DNA of 64,000 nucleotides from NCBI RefSeq assembly GCF_036588685.1, contig NC_086377.1, positions 5,084,001 to 5,148,000 of the forward strand, given 5' to 3'. How positions within the stretch are numbered: the stretch's first letter is position 1; each line of letters starts with the position of its first letter. The stretch is from Mytilus trossulus. Lineage: Eukaryota. Position numbers and translations under genes: made by a program. Under the pieces are notes generated by a model, which had not been told where the DNA came from, searched no databases, and saw only the letters and a list, made by a program, of their open reading frames with translations. Below, in pieces: positions 38,952-48,907 of the stretch.

Positions 38952-41900
38952 ATGATAAGCCATAACCCACCTTACTTAACTAAGGAGGGTACTATCAGTC
39001 AAATAGAAATGATACCGGAGGAAATAATTTCCCCACTTGTGCAGGAATGCCTAGAGGAACCGTCCCATTCCGAGGAACTAGGGGTCATTAAATCACTACC
39101 TCCTGTCCCACCAGACCCCACGTCCACCAAGGAGAAAGACATAGCTCAAACAGCAAAACTAATAGAGGGGCCTAAGAGGGAACCCATCAATCTCATAGTC
39201 CCGGACATGTCTGAATCGGGGTCACAAGACGAAGAGTCGGGGGAGGAAGGGGAACAAACACTGTGTGATAGCTCAAACAGTGATGGGGAGGGGGACTTAG
39301 TGACAGAGGGGGAAAAAGAAATGATAACCATAAGTCAGTTAACGGGGGGTACTATGTATCGGGTGCCTGTGGTAGTCCAGGGTCACAGGGTCGACGCTGT
39401 TGTAGACACAGCAGCTCAGGTTACCCTAATATCCGAGGAAACGTACAAAAGTTTAAAGGAGCTCGAGCCACCTCCTATTCTTAAGGAAGTGGTGATGAAC
39501 ACTGCAGGAAAGGGCCTACAAATGAATGGGTTTGTTGCTGGGCCTTTTTATATTAAGTTGGGGAACCAAGATTTCACATGGGACATATATGTAGCACCAA
39601 TTGGAGATCAGATGCTTTTGGGAATAGACTTCTTAAGGAAGCAGGGCATATCGCTCGACTTGCATAGGAATCAATTGTCCATTCACGGGGAGGTCATCCA
39701 AATGTCATGGGGTCAGGCCAGTTCATTGCCCCAAACAACTGAGGTACGGGCAGGAAAGAATCACACAGTCCCAGCCAATTCAGTTCAAAGAGTCATGGGA
39801 GTGTTAGCCAAACCCATGGGTCGAGAATACATCATTGAGGCAAAGGCTGAGGGCTGTTTGCTCATACCCAGAACCTTACATGATGTAGGTCAAGATCCGG
39901 TGTTGTGTCTGATAAACCTCACCGATAGTCCCCTGGTGATCTCAAAAGGGGATCTACTAGCCCAAGCTCAGGAAGTCGACATGGGGGAACCCCCGGGCCC
40001 TAAAGTGTGCAAGATGGGGGTTGCTGGAGAGGTTAAGGAAAAATTGTTGCCCCAACACTTACAAGAGATGTTCACCAGGTCCTGTGAGGATTTGTCTAAG
40101 GGGGAGGAGGAGACCTTGTGTTCCCTGTTACAGGAATTTCAGGATGTCTTTGCTAGCAGTGACTTAGATCTGGGCCATTTCACGGCCTTGGAACATGGCA
40201 TTGACACCGGGAATCACCCCCCCCCCCCCATTAAACAGCGAATGCGGCGCACCCCCTTAGGTTTTGCCCAAGAAGAGGAGGCTCATTTGGAAAAAAATTT
40301 ACAATCTGGGGTAATTCAGCCATCCGTATCGGAGTGGGCTTCTGCCCCAGTCCTCATACGGAAAAGGGATGGTAGCGTTAGGTGGTGCGTGGACTATAGG
40401 AGGGTCAATGGGGCCTGTTCCCGCCAAATCTTTGCACTCCCCTTAGAAGAAGAGTGCCTAGACACCCTAGCAGGAAATGTGTGGTACTCCAAGCTGGATG
40501 CCAATTCGGCGTATTGGCAAGTCAAAATAAAAGAGGATGACCGGCCAAAAACGGCTTTTATCACCAAATATGGGCTGTTTGAGTTTGCACGCATGGCTTT
40601 CGGGCTATGCAATGCCCCAGCCACATACGCCCGGGTCATAAGCCTTGTACTCCGGGGGTTAATATGGCGGGTAGTGTTGGCTTTTTTGGATGACATATTA
40701 GTCTTGGGAAGGGATTTTGGGGACCACTTGGCAAACCTGAGGGTAGTATTTGAAAGGTTTAGGACGTACGGGCTCAAACTAAAACCCAGGAAGTGTGATT
40801 TATTTAGGAAAAAGGAAGAATTTTTAGGGAGGGTGGTAGGTCCCGAAGGGATGGAAATTGGGCCGGGATATGTAAAAGATGTAAAAAACTGGCCAAAACC
40901 CCGGAACTCAAAGGAAGTAGAACGGTTTTTGGGATTCGCAAACTATCACAGGGCCTTTATAAAAGACTATACTAATATAGCCTTACCCCTTCAAGCCTTA
41001 ACCGGAAAACGCCCCTATTTCTGGGGAAACGAGCAACAACAGTCTTTCGATAGACTCAGGGAAGCCATGGTGTCAGCCCCTGTTTTGTCATTACCCAATG
41101 CCACTGATCCCTTTATCTTAGACACGGATGCTTCCGACAAGGCTATTGGGGCAGAATTATTGCAGGTCCAGGGGGGACAGGAACGGGCCACGTCCTATGC
41201 TAGCTTTACCCTTACCCCAGAACAGCAGAAATATTGTACTACCCGAAAGGAGCTGTTAGCCATTGTCAGGTTCACCAGGCTATTCAGACATTACTTGCTT
41301 GGGCGGAGGTTTACGGTTCGAACAGATCATAGTAGTTGGTTAACGAATTTCAAGGAACCCCAGGGACAATTAGCCCGGTGGCTGGAAGAAATCAGTCAGT
41401 TTGATATGGAAATCAAACACCGGCCAGGGGCTAAACATCCTAATGCAGACGCTTTGTCTCGATTGCCTCAATATGGACCGTGTCCCGAGTTTCAAGTAGA
41501 CAAGGTTCTAGCCAATTTGCCCTGTGGGGGATGTACCTACTGTGCCCGAGCTCAACAAAATTGGGGACAGTTCACGGAAAATGTTGATGATACCATACCC
41601 TTGGCAAAGAGACCCTATGGTAGTACACAACCCAAAGACACACGAGAACCAGTGGTGCAAATATCCCGGGTGTCTGTGTCAAAGAGGGGGGACGAATTAG
41701 CCATATGGTCAAAGGGGGAGGGTGACATCTGGGTGCAGGAAGTAGGAGGGGACCTAGGGGTCAACTTGGGCTACAGTCAGGAAGAGTTAAAAGAAAACCA
41801 AAGTAAGGACCCAGACTTAAAATGGGTGGTTCAATGGAGGAAAACAAAAGGGGAACCCTCTGAGGAGGAAATCTTCCTCAGCGGTCCCGCCTCCAAGTAC

Positions 41901-43292
41901 TACTGGTTAAATCGGGAATTATTTGTCCTTAGTGGGGATGGTGTACTGTACAGGAAGGGGGTGAAAGGAGAGGCAGATAGGGTGGTCATTCCCCAAGTAT
42001 CAAGGAAGGAACTCATGGAGTTGTGTCACGATATTCCTGCAGCGGGCCACCAAGGGGGGGACCGAACCTACCAAAGGATCAAGCCAAGGTATTATTGGAG
42101 AGGGATGAAGAAAGAGATTGAACAGTATGTAGCAAGTTGTGCTTTGTGTAGCCAAAACAAAAAGGCTACTCGCCCAAACCGTCACCCTATGGTGAAACAT
42201 CACGCCGGGGCACCAATGGAAAGGGTTCATCTAGATTTTGTGGGGCCCCTCCCAAAAACAGAAAGGGGAAATGAACATATCCTCATGATGATCGATCAGT
42301 TTACCAAATGGGTGGAATGTGTCCCTCTCCCCGCCTAGGGCGCAGAACTAACAGCCCGCACGGCAGTGAATGAGTTCTTCTCCCGTTTCGGGAGTCCCTT
42401 TCAGGTATTCACTGATCAGGGGAGGAACTTTGAATCCCATCTGTTTAAAGCCATGTGTGACCTGCTTCAAATACACAAAAGTAGAACCACCCCATACCGC
42501 CCCTCCTCCAATGGTCAAGTAGAGCGTTGCAATCGAACGCTGATGGCTTCAGTGCGGTGCTTTGTGGGAAAAAATCAAAAGTCCTGGGATCTATTCCTTC
42601 CGCAATTAGCTGGTGCGTTCCGTGCTTCAGTCAGTAGAAGCACCGGGTTTACTCCTAATCATCTCATGTTGGGCAGAGAAGTCAATCAACCTGCTGAGTT
42701 GATGTTCAGGGGGCCACAGGGGGAGGAAATTCAGGATAGAGAAAAATATGTTTCAGACTTAGAGGAGGCCATCCAAGGGGCACACGAGCTGGCCAGGGCC
42801 AACCTAAAAACGGCACAAGAACGCCTCAAAAGGGATTACGATCTCAAGGTGGTAGTCAAAAGGTTTAAGGTGGGGGATCTAGTGTACCAATTGGACACGG
42901 CCACCATCAAGGGAAAATGTCGGAAACTGACACCATCTTGGAAGGGCCCTGGGGTGGTGGTGGAAAGTCTCACTCCATATCTTTACAGGGTCAAAATGAA
43001 AACAGCAATGGTGGTGGCCCATCATGACCGGATTAAGTTGTGTAAAGATAGGGAGGTCCCAAATTGGTGTAAAAAACTACAAGCCCAAGTTTTAAGTAGA
43101 AATTGGAAGGAAATAGAGGAGTTGGAACCCAAGGGAAAAAGGGGAAAAAACATTTATTGCTCATACCGGGGACCAGAGGATGGGGGTCTCATGATTAGAT
43201 GTGACGAGTGCAGGGAATGGTTCCATGGACGATGCGTGGACATCACTCCTGAGGAGGCGGACAGAATGGACGCTTATCAGTGTCCTGGATGT
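38883..43292 (+). CDS. pol: Pol polyprotein (protease, RT, RNase H, integrase, C-terminal PHD); interrupted by an in-frame TAG at 42336-42338
   Basis: DTAA protease (39405), FLDD RT (40683), DTDAS..TDH RNase H, HHCC and D-D-E integrase, WKGP motif, PHD at 43155-43292. The frame resumes directly after the stop. Confidence 0.93.
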
Positions 43293-43355
43293 TCGGTCTC
43301 CACAGAGGTGCACGTGTCCAGGATCTCCCTGCACTCTAAGGTAAATCTATTTCAG

Positions 43356-45394
43356 ATGAATAACAACACCAACAGTATTGACAAAACAGGGGATGGAAGC
43401 CAGCCACCTTCTCCAGAGCAGGCCTCCGTCACAGAGGTGACGGAGGAACTGGTAGTGTGTGTGTCGGAGGAGGAGCTGAGGCAGCTGGACCCTGAGGTCC
43501 AGGGGAGCCCAGGGGCTGCCTTAGAGGTATGTGGGGGGTCCGAAGGGGGGTCTGAAGGGGTTGAGGGGAAGGGGGAGGTGAAGAAGACCAAGAAGAAGAG
43601 GAAGTCGAGGAGCAACAAGAAGAGCAGAGCTGCCAAGAAGAAGGCCACGGCAGCAACCTCACCTCTCCTGACAACCTCACCTCAGGGGGTGGCTCAGGGT
43701 CAGGAGGTGTGTCGGGGCCAGTCTGGCTCCCCAGCTTCCGGTGAGGTGGCAACACCTCACTATGGAGTTCAGGGTGAAGCAGTTGGTACTGGACTGTCTT
43801 GTCCAGTTTCTGGCTGTGAAACCCGGGGACCAGGCCTGGAAGGGCACATTCTCGCGGAGCACGTGGCCGAGGTGTTCCGTGACCTGGTAGTCTCCGACCC
43901 AGGGTTAGCCCGGGTGCGTCTCACATCGCTGAGCACACTCTTCAGGGCCCTGGGGGGGGCTGCTGTTGGGGACCCCATCCATTGGGTGATAAGCCAGCTG
44001 GAGACTGTGGGGCTGACTCCAGAGGACTTGACCGCTGAGTGGGGAGCCATGGCAGCAGTGTGCCAATTGGCGCGATGGGAGGTTCCGCGAACCTTTACAC
44101 TGTCACCAATAAACTCACCTGCAGTCCTTATGCATTGGAGGGCGCAGGTGGAGTTGATGGCTTTACTACAGGAACATCAGCGTCAGGCCTTTCTGGGGAA
44201 GGTTAACCTTAGCTCCAGTGAGCCGTCCCAGGCGAGCTCTTCTAGTGAGCAGGGGAGTCCACCAGCCAAGGCAGGAGTTTTTAGCCGGCTGGGGGCTCCG
44301 GTTTGCACACAGGGGACTCCCAGGCCCATGGGGCAGGTTGGGGCGTTCAGTTCCACGGGGCCCTCTCCCAGGTCCATTCCCTCCCTCATGTCCCTCCCCA
44401 CCCGGCCTGTACCCTCCCTCATGTCTCTTCCACGTCCTGGTCCCAGCAGGTCACTTCCAAGTCTAGGGTCAAGAGGCTCATCCTCATCTGTGGGGGCACA
44501 GGGATCAAAGTACCCGGGGAATCCCTCAGGGAGTAGGGGAGTGGAGTCTCAATTGTGCAGGGATCTTCCGGAGGCATTTGACAGCCATATGCATCTGGAT
44601 AGGTCCCTGACCAAGATGGGGCTGCCTCCTCGGACATCTCTGGGTGATTTCCTAAGGGTGCGGTTGGACCCTGCCCCTGTGGATCCAGTCAAGCTGGCTG
44701 GAGGGGTTGCAGTTTTCTGCAACCCGAAGACTTGGCCCAGTGTGCCTTTGAGGCTGGAGCCAGGGTGGGTTGGAGCAGTGGGAATCCACCCAAAGAGTGC
44801 TGGGCAGTTTGAGGACGCCGTTTAGCACCGGTTCCACCAACTGGTGTCGCACCCAAGTGTGTCCGCCCTTGGAGAGGTGGGAGTGGATTACACTGTGGAG
44901 GAAAAACTACACGCCCGGCAGATATCGACCTTGCGATGGGCACTCCAGTCCTGCCGCTTTGACCAGCCTGTGGTCTTGCACATTCGGGGTGGCAAACTGG
45001 ATAGGGTTCACGCCCGAGCCCATCGCGAGGTCTTAGAGGTTCTGAAGAGTGTGGTAGTCAATCCGCTGCAGTTAATTCATCTCCACTGTTTCCAGGGGGG
45101 ATTGCTCAGGTGCGGGAGTGGCAAGACTCATACCGCAACGCTTATTTTGGGTTTGGTATGGGTGTCAGGTCCTTTAACTCTGAGCAGAAGGAGGCCTTGA
45201 GGTCGGTGCCCCCATACAGGATTCTCTTGGAGAGTGATGCCCCTTACTTCCCCCCACCAAATGCACGGCATGGCCACCCTCATTAACTTTATGAGGTGGC
45301 AAAGGTGGTGGGGACAGTGAGGGCAGAATCACCGAGGGAAATTGTACGGGTGGCCCACCTCAATGGTAGCCGTCTGTACGGAGTTAACCCGTAG
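43356..45394 (+). pseudogene. tatD: Env-position ORF in frame with pol: basic NLS, C2H2-like finger, TatD-family nuclease domain (44571-45394); disrupted in this copy
   Basis: DSHMHL, AVGIHP, ALGEVGVDY, PVVLHIRG, HLHCF, YFGFG, RILLESDAPY, GHP..LYEVAKVV..NGSRLY. Lesions: TAG 44823, 1-bp loss in the G-run 45095-45100, TAA 45284. Confidence 0.88.
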
Positions 45395-45786
45395 GTGGGC
45401 AACTCCCAACATGTACATAGCAACAGAAAGGCCCGTTGGCCAGTTACAATTGTTAGAGAAATTAGTTATAGCCAGTTGGCTTCCAATAAATGAATTTACA
45501 GCCCGTTGGCTCCTAAATTAACCATAGTTATAGCCAGTTGGCTCTTAGTAATGAATTTGAGGGCCCGTTGGCCAAAAGGGGAGGATGTATATATGCGTAA
45601 TCCTGGGGTGTGTGTCATGGGGATCCCGAGGGTGAGGGGAATGGGGGGTGACCAACTGTAGTTCAGTCTCCATAGGGCATGGGTGGGGGCGGGTTTACTG
45701 TGTTTCTGATCCTGTTTTTGGTATATTCCCTACTGATTTCCCTAGCATGATCTTTTGTTTTTACCCGGGGGTTACTCCTTTTGTAC

Positions 45787-45800
45787 AAAGTTGGGGGGAG
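45787..45800 (+). promoter_or_regulatory. Polypurine tract
   Basis: aaagttggggggag immediately before the 3' LTR. Confidence 0.85.
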
Positions 45801-46002
45801 TGTAGTACCTCAGGGTCATTGGTGGTGCTCCACATTGGAGGCAGATCCGGAAGACGAGAGAGCCTCGTTTCGGATCTGCCGGCAGTCGAAAACCTAGAAG
45901 CAGAAGCCAAAGCACGCTGATTCTAGCCGACCCAGAGAATAATTAGATAACCGTCTAACTGTACTTGCAAGATAGCCAGGGTAAGTTTTGAGAAAGCTTA
46001 CA
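45801..46002 (+). repeat. 3' LTR (202 bp)
   Basis: TGTAGTACC...AAGCTTACA followed by the TAAC TSD. Confidence 0.97.
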
Positions 46003-46659
46003 TAACAGTCGTATAACATCAATGGGTGTTCAACGCAGCGAGAAAATCCTATATACTCAGCGGTTGGTATCAGCTTAATAAAACTGTGTACTTTTTCAAT
46101 GAAAACAGACGTCATACTAAACTTAAAACCATATAAATGAACTTAAATTACAATTCATACAAGAATATCAAAGACAAAAGGCTCCTGACCTGGACAGGTG
46201 CACAACGCTGTGGGGTTAAACAATTCTGTAAGATACCCTTTTTGATAGCAACAAGTGGTGCCTGTGTTAGGACTGGAACGGCGTGTGGTCACAACGACCT
46301 GATACCAGAAATGAGGTTGTAGAAATCTAAATACTATTATTCCGAAACAATATAGTAATGAAATTAAAACAATATAAAGAAATATGCACAGGCACTTGTT
46401 TATATCCATAGAAAGGTCGACTATCCATATAGATAGAAGTACACGTATGTGGCTAACGGAATTGATTTAAGGTCACGACCGTCTCCGCTTCGGACTCATT
46501 TTGTACCCTTTAAGTTAAAGCAAAAATCTGTACATTATATGAATCGAAAAATTGAATATTCACCTTCAACACAGTTCATATGGTTATGTTCATTTTAATT
46601 TGCAATGAAAGATGTAGATTTTGGTGTAAAAAAAATATTTTATAAACAATCTGTATATT

Positions 46660-46977
46660 GAGTTGACTTTGTCCCTTTGGTATCTTTCGTCCCTCTTTAA
46701 TTACCACTGGGTCAAAGTTTCTGCTGGTGGACATTTTGTCTCCGAGGGCATCATCCGCCCAGTAGCAAAACTACAATTGCATGAATTTAGATTTATGAGT
46801 TTGACTGTCCCTTTGGTATCTTTCGTCCTTCTTTTATCACCACTGGGTCGATGTCTCTGCTGGTGGACATTTTTCTCCCCGCTCGAGGGCATCATCCTCC
46901 CAGTAGCAAAACTACAGTTGCATGAATTTAGATTTATGAATTTGACTGTCCCTTTGGTATCTTTCGTCCCTCTTTTT
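46660..46977 (+). repeat. Tandem ~140-bp repeats of a Penelope-like element 3' terminus
   Basis: Three copies of ttgactgtccctttggtatctttcgtcc, matching the reverse complement of the element end at 62695-62745. Confidence 0.65.
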
Positions 46978-48281
46978 AACCTCAATTCACAATTGCCAGA
47001 ACTGTTCCAATTCACATGAATTAGTTATCATACGATTTTGAAACTCGTGACTATGAAAGTTGCATCTACGGACAAAATATTTGTAATCCTGATCTCAGAT
47101 CTAATCTATGTATTTGTGGTAAATAATTACGCCAGGGATTTGTCTATCGATACCTATATCTTGGCATTGCACAAGGTCATGTTTTTTTCTCTGACCATTT
47201 TGACGTCCTTACATTGAATCCATTTGATGATGGGTGTGTACTGATTGATAATTTAGTCTTAGATAAAAACATTTTTATTAATTGTTAGTGGCTTTTAACT
47301 AACTGTCAGTAACTGCAAGAACTCTCAGATTTGTACTTAGTGTCTTTTTGTTTTTTTGATTTTACTTGTACCATTTCACGTCCACTTGTATTTGTAGTAT
47401 TTGTTTTTTTTTATCAATCTAATGAGTTAAGCCTTTGTAAACTTATTTTTATAGTTTGTTCTTGTATTGTACTGTTCAGTGGTATTCATTTGTTTATGTG
47501 TTACATATTTATGTTCGCTCATTTTATGTACATAAATTAGGCCGTTAGTTTTTCTCGTTTGAACTGTTTTACGTTGTTATTACGGAGCCTTTTACAACTG
47601 AATATGCGATACATACTTTGCTTACTGTTGAAGACCTATTTTTGTTAGTTTCTGTGTCAGTTGGTCTGTTGTGGATAGTTGTCTCATCGGTAATCATGCT
47701 ACATCTTCTTTTTTTAAAATTTTTTTTTTATATCTCACGCAAACTTTAATGCTTTAATGAGTCACTCATATATGAAATATAAGTCAATATTACCTTATTT
47801 TCATCAGGAATCCTTCGGAGACACATCATGCACATCTATGAACAATATCTCACGAAAGGAGTATTTTTTCTAATGATAAAAACCGTATACTTAATAATAA
47901 AAATAGATTATGTAAAAAACATTTTTTTTTAACTATAAATCATTTCCCAGGTTCCGACGACGAGTTGTTGCAAGAACATTTTTTTTTACATTTTTAAAAA
48001 TAACCTGGATTGTGAATTCCCAAAAAATGGATAACGCATTGTGTCCAAATAAAACAATGAGCACTCATTGTCATGAATATGTTGTGATGTCTTTTTGTAT
48101 GTTCCTCTTATATAAAATTTAATGATTTTTTTTTCAAATTACTTAACTCTTTAATTTGGCATATACAGAAAATAAAAATATAGATTCGCAGATAATCATG
48201 AAACAATCTCAAACCAATATCATTTAATGGTTTGGTTATAAATAAACTCATCATAGATACCAGGACTAAATTTAGTATATA

Positions 48282-48323
48282 CGCCAGACGCGCGTTTCGT
48301 CTACAAAAGACTCATCAGTGACG
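48282..48323 (-). ncRNA. Minimal type I hammerhead ribozyme (Penelope-associated type)
   Basis: CGUCA-CUGAUGA-GUC(UUUUGUA)GAC-GAAA-CGCGCG-UC-UGGCG: intact core, palindromic helix III. Confidence 0.8.
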
Positions 48324-48907
48324 CTCGAATTAAAAAAGTAAAAAAAAACCTATTTATATCTAAAAGTTATAATTTCTGTATTTTGTATGTAATATCAGGA
48401 TTTAAACAATTTATTGTTGCTACGCACTGAAATGATGTCATATTTCTTACATACGTATTGCATATAACATGCTTGAACAATACATATTGACATCTGTTTT
48501 CCTAATTAATATTGGCAAACATTAAAACTTAAATCATACAGAAATTTCTGATTTTCAATGATATCCTTTTCCCTATCTTAACATTTTCTATCTCGTTTCC
48601 CTATCATGAGCTTTGATACGCATGACGGGTAGACACTTACACTGCCAATTCTTCATTTGGGGTTGATTTTATTTCCGTATTGATTTCACTTTAGATTGTA
48701 TATAAAAAATAATCTCCACACGTTTTGAAGGTCGGCATTACCACTGGCGTATCTTATTCCATTACAGGAAACCAAAGGTTGAATGTATACTGAAATTAGG
48801 AGTTGCTTATAAAAAATAAATGTACAGTTTAGTATGAAGATGAAAAATAATCACAAAGTTAAGGATTAAGATTATTTGTACTAGAATATGTACAATAAGT
48901 AACTATA

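Larger units (their letters stand above)
36298..46002 (+). mobile_element. Full-length Ty3/Gypsy LTR retrotransposon with HhH-Gag, Pol-PHD and a TatD nuclease module
   Basis: TG..CA LTRs 36298-36499 and 45801-46002; TSD TAAC; PBS; PPT; PR-RT-RH-IN domain order. It splits a host interspersed repeat (36243-36297 continues at 46007-46050). Confidence 0.97.

Noticed and set aside
42336-44825. Programmed readthrough at the two TAG codons
   Set aside because: Both stops fall inside conserved domain cores (integrase, TatD) and lack a recognisable readthrough context; nonsense mutations are more likely.
43352-44943. Antisense ORFs within the Gypsy element
   Set aside because: Shadow frames of GC-rich coding sequence with no motifs.
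43356-45394. Envelope gene
   Set aside because: No signal peptide, transmembrane segment or fusion-protein features; the motifs are TatD-type.
45430-45573. CRISPR-like repeat-spacer appearance
   Set aside because: Repeats are only 10-12 bp, spacers are related to each other, the context is a eukaryotic retroelement and there are no cas genes.
36298-46002. Bacterial contamination or operon (ComEA and TatD, high GC)
   Set aside because: The domains are inside an LTR element with TSD, PBS and PPT that splits a host repeat; the PHD finger and NLS are eukaryotic features.
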